A stretch of DNA of 59,884 nucleotides from Minisyncoccota bacterium. Its GTDB lineage: Bacteria; Patescibacteriota; Minisyncoccia; Minisyncoccales; JAQTPW01. The notes beneath the pieces are model-generated. The model did not search any database and was not told the DNA's origin. It saw only the letters and a program-made list of their open reading frames with translations. The first letter of the stretch is position 1; every line of letters starts with the position of its first letter. The stretch is taken from contig JAQTPW010000005.1 in the NCBI GenBank assembly GCA_028712565.1, positions 1 to 59,884 of the forward strand, written 5' to 3'. The position numbers and the translations under genes are program-made. Shown piece after piece: positions 1 to 7,933 of this stretch.

Positions 1-81
1 TGTGCTCCAACCCTCGTATTTAACAAGACGAAATGCTTGCATGCGAATCTCGGGAATCTTAGGATGTGTTGTGTAAGGCAT
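1..81 (-). CDS. truncated 5' end of a minus-strand gene (N-terminal HTH-like segment, possibly transposase/integrase-type)
   Basis: The reverse complement of 1-81 reads ATG then MPYTTHPKIPEIRMQAFRLVKYEGWST and stays open to the window edge. It is absent from the ORF track because it is truncated. The product guess rests only on resemblance of RMQAxRLVxxxGWS to IS-type N-terminal HTH segments. Confidence 0.35.
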   Translation of the reverse strand, partial: MPYTTHPKIPEIRMQAFRLVKYEGWST

Positions 82-132
82 GTACATATTTTACATCAGG
101 GTGGTGCAAAGGTATTGAACCACGACAATAGC

Positions 133-161
133 TTGCTTTTTTAAGCAAAATATGGTATAAT
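133..161 (+). promoter_or_regulatory. sigma70-like promoter, TTGCTT-17-TATAAT with extended -10 TG
   Basis: TTGCTT at 133-138, TG at 153-154 and TATAAT at 156-161, 26 nt upstream of the SD-led ORF at 188. Confidence 0.5.
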
Positions 162-187
162 AGATATATTGAAAGGAGGATTTTGAA

Positions 188-394
188 ATGAAGTTCAAAG
201 ACCGAATGAAAATAATCAAGATAAGAAAATATTTTCTAGTTGGAACTGCGATAATTGTTCTTTTCCATTGGTATTTAGCTGGTGCTAAAGAAGACTGGCA
301 CGTTTGGCCAGCCATTGCCTTATACTTGTTTTGTATCCCCATAACGCCATTCCTTGATAGTTGGGTGTTATATGGGACAAAGGAGGCCATTTAG
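188..394 (+). CDS. small membrane protein, unknown function
   Basis: AAGGAGG at 173-179 lies 8 nt before the ATG. There are two hydrophobic stretches. Its own hairpin/T-run terminator overlaps the stop codon. Confidence 0.6.
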   Translation: MKFKDRMKIIKIRKYFLVGTAIIVLFHWYLAGAKEDWHVWPAIALYLFCIPITPFLDSWVLYGTKEAI

Positions 395-415
395 GTCTCC
401 TTTTTGTTTTTCTTT
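379..415 (+). terminator. intrinsic terminator
   Basis: The stem AAAGGAG (379-385) pairs with CTCCTTT (397-403) and is followed by a TTGTTTTTCTTTTTT run. Confidence 0.65.
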
Positions 416-440
416 TTTACTTTTGTTAAAATCTATTAAT

Positions 441-914
441 ATGGAAGGAATAATAAAGATTAAATCGAAACTTATAATTTTTTTGATTTGCCTTACGCTT
501 TTTATATTCCTAATTGGAATGCTTGCGATTTTACTTGGCGGAGCTCCTAAAATGACAGCAGACCTTTTTAAAAAAACCGAGCCGGTGAAACTTCATATTT
601 ACTCATATTTGCGCATCGTTTTTCAGGTGATTTTATACAGTTTCCTATTTTGGCTTCCGGGATTTTCAATTACTTTGGCGATATACCCCAAACTTCCGCT
701 TTCTGAAAGATCGGTAATATCCTTAGCTCTGTCAGCCTTGTTATATGCATTTTATGTCAATGTTTTTATTGCGATTACGAAACTTGATTTTTTTGTGGCC
801 GGGCAAATAGTTTTTGATTTGTCCTACGTTTTTATGGTTTCTTTTCTGGGTTTAGTTTTTTGGAGAATTAGATTAATAAAAAACAAAACAAAAAATGTTT
901 CAGGAGATTTGTAA
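441..914 (+). CDS. polytopic membrane protein, unknown function
   Basis: ORF 354-914 trimmed to the in-frame ATG at 441 (MEGIIKIKSKL), because the upstream part overlaps the previous gene and its terminator. Multiple hydrophobic helices. Confidence 0.55.
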   Translation: MEGIIKIKSKLIIFLICLTLFIFLIGMLAILLGGAPKMTADLFKKTEPVKLHIYSYLRIVFQVILYSFLFWLPGFSITLAIYPKLPLSERSVISLALSALLYAFYVNVFIAITKLDFFVAGQIVFDLSYVFMVSFLGLVFWRIRLIKNKTKNVSGDL

Positions 915-1257
915 ATTAGATCAATTGGTATTGAGAAAAATTTGGCCCTTGGATATCGGCTGTACCTGTTTGCCAGTGGGTTTTTATACAATTTTTCTGA
1001 CCTTTATTTTAATTGGATTTTTGGCATATTTTTTTCGTAAAAAGCCAAGCGCAAAGACAGATCCCTTTTTCATATTTTTATTTTGGGGATTTATTTTAGT
1101 AGGAGTCAGCCAGCTAATGGATTGGCTGCAGAGTTTGATGGTATTGCGCGCCGGCGCCTTGGTTTTCTATCCGCAAATTTACTTAATTCAGGAGATTTTT
1201 AAATTTGCCGGATTTTTAATTATTTTTATAACGATGTTCAGAAGCCAAAAGCTGTAA
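895..1257 (+). CDS. membrane protein, unknown function
   Basis: ORF with 3-4 hydrophobic helices. It overlaps the upstream gene by 20 nt, consistent with operon-style coupling. Confidence 0.5.
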   Translation: MFQEICKLDQLVLRKIWPLDIGCTCLPVGFYTIFLTFILIGFLAYFFRKKPSAKTDPFFIFLFWGFILVGVSQLMDWLQSLMVLRAGALVFYPQIYLIQEIFKFAGFLIIFITMFRSQKL

Positions 1258-1258
1258 T

Positions 1259-1576
1259 ATGAAAACTTTGATTATTGTTTTGCATTCATTTATCATTTTT
1301 CTTTCTTTTGGGAGTTTTGCATTAGCTTTGAGAATTTGGAAAAATTACCAGAAAAAAACAGGAGAGCCGATTTCAGAGTCCTGGAAATTTTTTACTTTTG
1401 GCTTGTTTTTTATTGGTTTGGCAGAAATCTTGGATATTTTTACCCCGATTTATGAACAATTAATTGCCGCCATTAATTTTTACGCCGAGGTCACTGAAAC
1501 TGCAGCTTTGGCATTTTTGTTCTTAGGAATAATTATTTTTTTACGGAAAAGAATAACCAAAGCAGATTCCGTTTAA
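1259..1576 (+). CDS. membrane protein, unknown function
   Basis: ORF starts 1 nt after the previous stop and has three hydrophobic helices. Confidence 0.55.
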   Translation: MKTLIIVLHSFIIFLSFGSFALALRIWKNYQKKTGEPISESWKFFTFGLFFIGLAEILDIFTPIYEQLIAAINFYAEVTETAALAFLFLGIIIFLRKRITKADSV

Positions 1577-1590
1577 AATATTCCATACGT

Positions 1591-1628
1591 AAAAAACCCA
1601 CGGGTTATTTACCGCGTGGGCTATTTTT
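1591..1628. terminator. bidirectional intrinsic terminator between convergent genes
   Basis: An A-run, then CCCACG (1597-1602) pairing with CGTGGG (1615-1620), then a T-run. It lies between the plus-strand gene ending at 1576 and the minus-strand gene ending at 1629. Confidence 0.7.
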
Positions 1629-1907
1629 TTAATTTGCGATATGCGCACCGATGGTGAAACCGGGCATTCGTACTGCGCAGGGAACATAATTTAAATCAAA
1701 CACCTGGTTAATTAAAAGGTCAGTTTCTGGTTTTATGAAAAGGAACTTTACGCAACGGTGGTCTTTTTCAATGTGCGCGCATACACCATTTTTAATTGCT
1801 TCCATTAAATCCTTTAATTCTTTGTATTCTTTGGAGGGAATTTTAATAATGGTATACTCTTCTTTATTTATTCCTAAGTAAAGGATTCTGACTATGGCAT
1901 ATTCCAT
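1629..1907 (-). CDS. hypothetical cytoplasmic protein
   Basis: AAGGAGG (reverse complement of 1912-1918) lies 4 nt before the ATG, and a convergent terminator lies downstream. Confidence 0.6.
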   Translation of the reverse strand: MEYAIVRILYLGINKEEYTIIKIPSKEYKELKDLMEAIKNGVCAHIEKDHRCVKFLFIKPETDLLINQVFDLNYVPCAVRMPGFTIGAHIAN

Positions 1908-2026
1908 ATTAATCCTCCTTTTCCTGATTAAAAATTAGCATATGCATATTTCCCAGTCAAACCCTGCTTTCAAAAAATTGATTAAATTGTTAAAATAAAA
2001 AAGGAAACAATTTTAAAAAATATAAA

Positions 2027-2584
2027 ATGCCAAAAGAAAAAATCCGTAATAAAAATCAAAAAGAAGAATTATTTACGAGTGAAAAAAGGTACGAAACATT
2101 AATTGAAAACCTGCCGCAAAAAATATTTCTAAAAGATAAAAACTTAGTTTATATTTCTTGCAATAATAACTATGCCCGGGATTTAAAAATACCAGCGGGT
2201 GAAATTTCCGGGAAAACCGACTTCGATTTTTATCCCAAAGAATTGGCAGAAAAATACAGGGCTGATGATAAAAAAATTATGGAATTTGGCGAAATGGAAG
2301 AGATAGAAGAAAAATATTTAAAAGACGGCCAAGAAATGTATGTCAATACCATAAAAACTCCAGTCAGGGATGAAAAGGGAAATATTATCGGAATTCTGGG
2401 AATTTTTTGGGATATTACAGAAAGGAAGAGAAAAGAAGAAGAGTTGAAGAACTATATAGATAAAATGGAGAAAATAAACAAATTAATGGTTGGCAGGGAG
2501 CTGAAAATTGATGAATTAAAAAAAGAGGTGGAAGACCTAAAAAATAAAATTGCGGAAATTAACAAAGCAAATAGTAAAAAGTAA
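2027..2584 (+). CDS. PAS-domain protein with C-terminal coiled coil and no output domain
   Basis: PAS S-box-like core (YETLIENLPQKIFLKD...VNTIKTPVRDEKGNIIGILGIFWDITERKRKEEEL) followed by heptad-rich KE sequence. No kinase or GGDEF motifs. Confidence 0.75.
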   Translation: MPKEKIRNKNQKEELFTSEKRYETLIENLPQKIFLKDKNLVYISCNNNYARDLKIPAGEISGKTDFDFYPKELAEKYRADDKKIMEFGEMEEIEEKYLKDGQEMYVNTIKTPVRDEKGNIIGILGIFWDITERKRKEEELKNYIDKMEKINKLMVGRELKIDELKKEVEDLKNKIAEINKANSKK

Positions 2585-2588
2585 ATTT

Positions 2589-3083
2589 ATGATTATAAAA
2601 GAAATTCAAAACAGAAGAAGCGTAAGAAGTTTTAAAGAAAACCCGGTTTCGGAGGATCAAATTTTAGAAATTATAAAAGCCGGCCAGTTTGCTCCTTCGG
2701 CAAAAGGGAATCATAAAATAGAATTTATTGTCGTAAAAAACCAGGAAACTAAAAATAAGATTTGTGATGTTTTGGGCCAAGAATTCGTCAAAGAGGCGCA
2801 GGTTTTAATTGTTCCGGTTGTTGGTAAAAATAATTCTGTATTGCCTGTGCAAGACTTATCCGTGGCTTCAGAAAATATGTTATTGCAGGTTGATGCTTTG
2901 GGCTTGGGAAGCGTTTGGAAAAATGTAAGAGAAGAATTGAGGGGAGAAGTCGGGAAAATTCTAAATCTTCCCGAAGATCATCTTTTGATTAACATGCTTC
3001 CCGTAGGCGTTCCCGCAGAAAAACCTTCTCCACACACAGAAATTGATTTTTCTAAGGAAAAAATCCATTTTGAAAAATGGTAG
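2589..3083 (+). CDS. nitroreductase family protein
   Basis: Trimmed to the ATG at 2589 (MIIKEIQNRRSVRSFKENPVS). RRSVRxF plus the downstream APSAxN pattern is typical of the NADH/FMN nitroreductase fold. Confidence 0.8.
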   Translation: MIIKEIQNRRSVRSFKENPVSEDQILEIIKAGQFAPSAKGNHKIEFIVVKNQETKNKICDVLGQEFVKEAQVLIVPVVGKNNSVLPVQDLSVASENMLLQVDALGLGSVWKNVREELRGEVGKILNLPEDHLLINMLPVGVPAEKPSPHTEIDFSKEKIHFEKW

Positions 3084-3262
3084 CTTAGTCTATCAAGGGT
3101 TTTTGGTACCGCGGTTTTTATGTTGATTTCGGAAATAAGTTATACACAACTTAGTACGTTGCAGACTTAATTTCAAAAAGGTATTCTAAATAAATATATA
3201 AAGCTGACTCAATAAAATAAAGGTCGAAATTGTTGCTCGCATACTAAATATTGTTTAATAAT

Positions 3263-3718
3263 ATGCAAAATAAAAAAATATTATTAGTGTTGTTAATTGT
3301 GGTCGTGGTGGCTGGTTTGGGCGCCGGGGGATATTATTATCTAAAAATGAATGCAAAACCAATTATTTGGGATGGCACTTATCAAATGAGCGGGAATTTA
3401 AATTGTACAGGAAATTACCCAAATCTTACAACGATTCCTATGACCTCAGATGTTACTGTTATTGGGAACAAAGTAGTAGATCAAGTTGCCGGGAACACAA
3501 TGACTTTTGCTATTGATAAAAAAGGTGTAGCAAAAGAAGTTATGCCAGAAATGACAAGCAATGGGATAACTATTAGCGGCGATGTTGACTATCAATTTTA
3601 CCAAGAAGATGGGGCTAATAAGTTTACCGCTAATGGTTCAATGACCATGAGTGTTGTTCAAAGCGGCGTAACTTATAGTTCGGTTTGCGCAGGAACTATT
3701 TTGGGAGTTAAGAAGTAA
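3263..3718 (+). CDS. secreted or membrane-anchored hypothetical protein
   Basis: Trimmed to the ATG at 3263 (MQNKKILLVLLIVVVVAGLGAGG). It has an N-terminal signal/anchor helix. Confidence 0.6.
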   Translation: MQNKKILLVLLIVVVVAGLGAGGYYYLKMNAKPIIWDGTYQMSGNLNCTGNYPNLTTIPMTSDVTVIGNKVVDQVAGNTMTFAIDKKGVAKEVMPEMTSNGITISGDVDYQFYQEDGANKFTANGSMTMSVVQSGVTYSSVCAGTILGVKK

Positions 3719-3763
3719 AAATCTAGAAATTATTCAGCTATTGATAAATATTTTGCTGAATAC

Positions 3764-3803
3764 AAAAAACCGTTCTGGGCTTATAAGCAGCGGTTTTTTG
3801 TTT
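3764..3803 (+). terminator. intrinsic terminator
   Basis: AAAAAACCG (3764-3772) pairs with CGGTTTTTT (3791-3799), and a T-run follows. Confidence 0.6.
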
Positions 3804-3864
3804 GTCATAAATTTTCTGAAGGATTAAAATATATAAAAATATAAATAGGTGTTATAATAAAAAA

Positions 3865-4653
3865 ATGGATAGAAGAAGATTATTAATATTATTGGCGGTC
3901 ATTTTAATTTTGTTAATATTTCTTTTGGTTTGGTTCTTTGGCAGGCAAAATTTAGCGCAATGCCCAACAACTCTTCAGCAATGTGGCAGAGGTTGCATCC
4001 CGCAGAATGCAGATTGTCGCGACAACGGAGTTACTAATAGATATTGTTTGCTGCCTGCCGATAATCCTTATGGCCAGGAAAATTGTTTTGATTGCCCGCA
4101 GGGGCAGGCGTTTTGCGGCCTTTTTTGTTATCCAATAGGCAGAAGATGCTGTTTTGCTGGCGTCTGTCCTAATGATAATAGAAATAATGGCAATAATAAT
4201 GGTAACAATAATGGAAATAACGGAAATGATGATGGAAAAAAAATTGAGGCAAATGCTACAATTTCTTCCGCAGAAGATATTATTTGCACTTTTGAAAAGA
4301 ACGATTTATGGAGTCCTCAAATGCCCTGGGATGGCAGTTATATTTGCAGAGGTTCCGTAACAATTGATTTTCACGGGCTAACATTTCCCGAGAGCCGTAC
4401 TTTGATGCTAAACATAGATCCGAGTCCTGAATTTTCCAGTTTTTCCGAATATGACGCAATAGCTAAAACCCCAATAAATGAAGTGACTTTCAATTATTTC
4501 CAAATAGGAGGGGATTATTTTCAAAAAGGAAAGCCCGAATGTCCAGTTTCTGAATTAAAAGGAAAATTAAAACTTTTTGAAGCAATTCCCGATATAAATC
4601 TTCCTTTTCCTCCCCAATATTTTAATATAGATATAGTTGCGCGTTGTGAATAA
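3865..4653 (+). CDS. Cys-rich secreted/anchored protein with Asn/Gly low-complexity linker
   Basis: N-terminal TM helix, many Cys in the first 90 residues after it, then NDNRNNGNNNGNNNGNNGNDDG. Confidence 0.6.
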   Translation: MDRRRLLILLAVILILLIFLLVWFFGRQNLAQCPTTLQQCGRGCIPQNADCRDNGVTNRYCLLPADNPYGQENCFDCPQGQAFCGLFCYPIGRRCCFAGVCPNDNRNNGNNNGNNNGNNGNDDGKKIEANATISSAEDIICTFEKNDLWSPQMPWDGSYICRGSVTIDFHGLTFPESRTLMLNIDPSPEFSSFSEYDAIAKTPINEVTFNYFQIGGDYFQKGKPECPVSELKGKLKLFEAIPDINLPFPPQYFNIDIVARCE

Positions 4654-4727
4654 GTGCGGGTTTTATATAATTAATTAATAATCTTTAACTAAAGGTCGTT
4701 AATTAATAATTAAACTATTTCAAAAAT

Positions 4728-5192
4728 ATGATTTGTCCAAGCTGTAAAAGGCCAGTGCCAGAGAATTTTGCTTTTTGTCCAGAATGTGGAGGCAAACTTC
4801 CTCCAGTAGAAAAAATGAATGCAAACCCCGATGCAATGACACCAGAACAAGCCAGTGCCGCAGCCAGATCTGGTTTTGATACGGGAAAACCGTTTCTTAC
4901 AAGAGGCGCAACTCAAGTTCCTCCGGTTCAAGGAGCTCCAGTCAAAAAAAAGGCAAACCCTATTGGAACTATAATTTCAATAATAGCTGTTATTATTATT
5001 GGATTTATTTCTTTAAGGGGATTTTTCACTCCAGTAAGAAATTGCATTGGTTCAATTGACGGCGCCCCCGAGTGCAGCGATTGCAGCACAAAACCTATGA
5101 AAACCACCATTAATGGTGAATCTGTTGGCACATGCACTGCTAATCCCGGAACTGGCAATTATGATGACCAGTGTACGCTCAATTGCCCGTAA
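4728..5192 (+). CDS. zinc-ribbon membrane protein with Cys-rich extracytoplasmic tail
   Basis: The N-terminal MICPSCKRPVPENFAFCPECG has a CxxC...CxxC pattern. There is a central TM helix (IGTIISIIAVIIIGFISL) and a Cys-rich C-terminus. Confidence 0.65.
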   Translation: MICPSCKRPVPENFAFCPECGGKLPPVEKMNANPDAMTPEQASAAARSGFDTGKPFLTRGATQVPPVQGAPVKKKANPIGTIISIIAVIIIGFISLRGFFTPVRNCIGSIDGAPECSDCSTKPMKTTINGESVGTCTANPGTGNYDDQCTLNCP

Positions 5193-5219
5193 TAGAAATT
5201 AATTTTTAACCGAATTGGT

Positions 5220-5792
5220 ATGTCCAGAAAAACAAAAATAATCTTTTGGATGATTTTAATTCCGCTAATTTTAATTTTCGCCTGCCTGGCTTATTGGTGG
5301 CTCTTTCACACTTGCTGTAGTCCAGAACCTCAACCCAATGGAAATGAATTGACAAAAACACAACGGCTTGCTGACCCAAATTTGTTGTATTTTTCTTCTT
5401 GGTGGTCAGGACTGTGCAGAAATTCTCACGGCGAAGAAGGGGGATGTTATGGGGAAATGTATTTTTATTCTACGGGAAAGTTTGTTAAAAAATCAGGATG
5501 GGTAGGATTAAATGATAGAAAAGAAATAAATCCTACGGTTGAAAATCAGTTTAGCACGGCGACGGTGAGCGACATTATACAAAAAATAAGAACCTCGGGT
5601 TTAATAATAAAAAATTGCTATCCACAAGAAATTATGGACGCCGGCTGGGATTATCAGATAAATTTAGACGGCGTCAAAAAATCATTTCACAATCCGCCCG
5701 AAGATTGTGAAAGCACGTTTAATTATATTGATGACATAATTGATCCCAACGTTCCAACATTTCAAAAAAATAATATTAATGATTTAAAATGA
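5220..5792 (+). CDS. membrane-anchored hypothetical protein
   Basis: N-terminal TM helix. The 4-nt overlap with the next gene indicates coupling. Confidence 0.55.
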   Translation: MSRKTKIIFWMILIPLILIFACLAYWWLFHTCCSPEPQPNGNELTKTQRLADPNLLYFSSWWSGLCRNSHGEEGGCYGEMYFYSTGKFVKKSGWVGLNDRKEINPTVENQFSTATVSDIIQKIRTSGLIIKNCYPQEIMDAGWDYQINLDGVKKSFHNPPEDCESTFNYIDDIIDPNVPTFQKNNINDLK

Positions 5793-6634
5793 GAAACAAA
5801 ATTATTTTTATTCTATTGGCGCTGGTTTTATTTTTGCCGAGATGTATTTTGGCCGATGCTCCGCCACCCCCGCCGTTTTTGGTTAATTTTACCTATGAAG
5901 GCCAAAAAATTGCTGATGAGAAATTCTACGCCGTAATCCTAGAGTGCGACGAAGGGAAAAATCAAATCGCAGTTCCGATTCCGCAGCTGAATATTAATCA
6001 GCCCAATCTAGATGGCAATTGTAATTGGCTGCCATATTTGTTGCCGTATAATAGCATTTGCGAAAGCAGCCAGTGTAATTTTAGATGGATATTGGGGAGT
6101 TTCAAGATAGCCGTGTATATTCCAAGTTTGGATAAAACCTTTGTTTCTGATGCAATAACAAGAGAATATTTGGGCCATTATGGCTCAAAAACTCAGACGG
6201 TCTATGATGTAAATATTTCAAAAGATGATAGCGTAGTTGTGATTGAAAATAATAATAATGGAGGCAATTCTATTTTTGCAGAAGAGTTCCTTTTGCCTAT
6301 TCTGGCAGCCTTTCTATTAACTTTTATTTCAGAGGCAGTGGTGCTTCTTATTTTTGTCTTAGTGAAAAAATTGCCAAAAATTACATTTTTGGCATTGCTG
6401 ATTGGCAACTTATTGTCCGTTCCTTTTGTCTGGTTTGTAAATATTAAGTTAATATTTCCTTATTTGCTATTGATTACAGAAATTGTAGCGATAGTATTTG
6501 AAGCATGGCTTTTAAAAATCTTTGGTAAAAAAATGTTAAGCTGGAAATTGGTTTTACTAATCAGCTTTTTAATGAACGCCGGCAGTTTTTTTGTCGGTTA
6601 TTGCCTAATTTATTCTAGTAATTTGCTAAAATAA
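5789..6634 (+). CDS. hypothetical protein with signal peptide, Cys-containing ectodomain and C-terminal multi-TM region
   Basis: Signal-like N-terminus, a PPPPP stretch, and about four C-terminal hydrophobic helices. Confidence 0.55.
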   Translation: MRNKIIFILLALVLFLPRCILADAPPPPPFLVNFTYEGQKIADEKFYAVILECDEGKNQIAVPIPQLNINQPNLDGNCNWLPYLLPYNSICESSQCNFRWILGSFKIAVYIPSLDKTFVSDAITREYLGHYGSKTQTVYDVNISKDDSVVVIENNNNGGNSIFAEEFLLPILAAFLLTFISEAVVLLIFVLVKKLPKITFLALLIGNLLSVPFVWFVNIKLIFPYLLLITEIVAIVFEAWLLKIFGKKMLSWKLVLLISFLMNAGSFFVGYCLIYSSNLLK

Positions 6635-6635
6635 A

Positions 6636-7271
6636 ATGAGAAAAAGCGAATTGGCGGCGATTTTAATAATTTTGATTTCTTTTGTCGTCGGAATTTATTT
6701 TTACCCGAAGATGCCTCAAGAAATGGCGTCGCATTGGAATTCTCAAGGCAAAGTTGACGGTTATACTTCAAAATTCTGGGGTCTGTTTCTGATGCCGATT
6801 ATTTCTGCAGGAATGTTTCTGCTATTTGTTTTAATCCCGAGGATAGACCCCTTGAAAGAAAACATTAAAACCTTCAGGAAATACTTTGATTGGTTTATTT
6901 TTTTAATTTTCGTTTTCCTTTTTTATCTTTATGTTTTAACTATAGTTTGGAATTCCGGCTATAAATTTGATCTTGTCCGGTTTTTGGCGCCGGCTTTCGG
7001 CCTGCTTTTTTACTCTGCTGGGGTTTTGGTGGAAAACGCAAAAAGGAATTGGTTTATTGGGATCAGAACTCCCTGGACTTTGAGTAATGACGTGGTTTGG
7101 GATAAAACGCATAAGCTTGGGGGGAGATTGTTTAAAATTTCGGCTGGAATTTCTTTTTTGGGAATTTTCTTTCCGGATTTTGCAATATATTTTGTGATTA
7201 TCCCTGTAATTTTGTTTTCTATTTATCTTTTTGCTTATTCTTATCTTGAATATAAAAAAAATAATAAATAA
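6636..7271 (+). CDS. SdpI/YhfL-family membrane protein (DUF1648 N-terminus)
   Basis: YPKMPxxMASHWNxxGxxDGY at the N-terminus and NWFIGIRTPWTL in the core are the signatures I associate with DUF1648 + SdpI. Confidence 0.75.
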   Translation: MRKSELAAILIILISFVVGIYFYPKMPQEMASHWNSQGKVDGYTSKFWGLFLMPIISAGMFLLFVLIPRIDPLKENIKTFRKYFDWFIFLIFVFLFYLYVLTIVWNSGYKFDLVRFLAPAFGLLFYSAGVLVENAKRNWFIGIRTPWTLSNDVVWDKTHKLGGRLFKISAGISFLGIFFPDFAIYFVIIPVILFSIYLFAYSYLEYKKNNK

Positions 7272-7278
7272 TATTTAT

Positions 7279-7479
7279 ATGGAAGAAGAAATCTTAAAAA
7301 AAATTGAAGCGCAAGATAAAAAATTGGAAGAAATTTATCGCTCCATTGAAAAGACGAGAAAGTATTTTCTTTGGTCGCTAATTATAACGGTGGTAGCAAT
7401 CGTTCTGCCGTTAATCGGGCTCGCCTTTGCGATTCCGGTATTTTTGAAGACGCTCGATATTGGCAGTTTGGGTTTTTAG
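7279..7479 (+). CDS. small coiled-coil plus single-TM protein
   Basis: Trimmed to the ATG at 7279 (MEEEILKKIEAQDKKLEEIY...). It has one TM helix, and a strong terminator lies downstream. Confidence 0.5.
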   Translation: MEEEILKKIEAQDKKLEEIYRSIEKTRKYFLWSLIITVVAIVLPLIGLAFAIPVFLKTLDIGSLGF

Positions 7480-7521
7480 TTTTTAATTAAAATAATAAAC
7501 TTAAAATCTGAAATTGAAAAG

Positions 7522-7551
7522 AAAAAAGCCATCTTATAAGATGGCTTTTTT
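7522..7551 (+). terminator. intrinsic terminator
   Basis: GCCATCTT (7528-7535) pairs with AAGATGGC (7538-7545), flanked by an A-run and TTTTTT. Confidence 0.8.
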
Positions 7552-7758
7552 GTAGGGCAAGAGAGTAACAAAGGAAAGTAAATTTTTTTCTTGTTTCTTT
7601 TGTATTCTTTCTGTTTCTTTCTCTTTATCGTCGAGTAGTGATAAGAACGCTATCGCTTAATTAGTAATATTGCTTGTATCCAAGTAAGACGCAGGCATTT
7701 TATTTTTTATAAGCGTAATAAGTGTAATAATTCAGGTATTTTTGCGTCATTATTATAT

Positions 7759-7833
7759 ATGGCAAATAAAACTAGTTTCTTTTTCTTTTATTTTGACTTC
7801 TTTGAGAAAGAGGCTAGTTTTTACTTGAAATAA
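7759..7833 (+). CDS. Phe/Tyr-rich leader peptide MANKTSFFFFYFDFFEKEASFYLK
   Basis: A 24-codon ORF that is too short for the ORF track. It has 9 Phe and 2 Tyr, with FFFFYFDFF at codons 7-15. It lies 100 nt upstream of the DAHP synthase and is embedded in alternative helices. There is no obvious SD. Confidence 0.6.
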   Translation: MANKTSFFFFYFDFFEKEASFYLK

Positions 7834-7871
7834 TTGATTTAATATAAAGTTTGCCAAAATTAGCCTCTTTC
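7771..7871 (+). promoter_or_regulatory. attenuator segments 1, 2 and 3 (anti-antiterminator / antiterminator)
   Basis: Segment 1 (7771-7785) pairs with segment 2 (7804-7818), giving 15 bp including 3 G-U. Segment 2 (7806-7821) alternatively pairs with segment 3 (7856-7871), giving 16 bp including 1 G-U. Confidence 0.6.
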
Positions 7872-7892
7872 GAAAGAGGTTTTTGTTTTTTT
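7861..7892 (+). terminator. attenuator terminator (segments 3:4)
   Basis: CCTCTT (7864-7869) pairs with AAGAGG (7874-7879) and is followed by TTTTTGTTTTTTT (7880-7892). Confidence 0.6.
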
Positions 7893-7933
7893 GAAAAGTT
7901 AATATTTGGAAAATAAATATAGGAGGAAAAGGA

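Noticed and set aside
379-385. AAGGAGG as a ribosome-binding site for the 354/372 starts of the next ORF
   Set aside because: No start codon lies within a usable distance downstream. The sequence forms the 5' half of the terminator stem, so the ATG at 441 was chosen instead.
91-390. 99-aa minus-strand ORF
   Set aside because: It is antisense to the plus-strand ORF at 188-394, which has an SD, a promoter and its own terminator. It has no SD and its composition looks odd.
4154-4360. 68-aa plus-strand ORF
   Set aside because: It is an alternative-frame reading of the AAT-rich low-complexity region inside the 3865-4653 gene.
4710-5158. Minus-strand ORFs 4710-4931 and 4928-5158
   Set aside because: They are antisense to the zinc-ribbon protein gene, which has a clear CxxC...CxxC start, and they show no independent signals.
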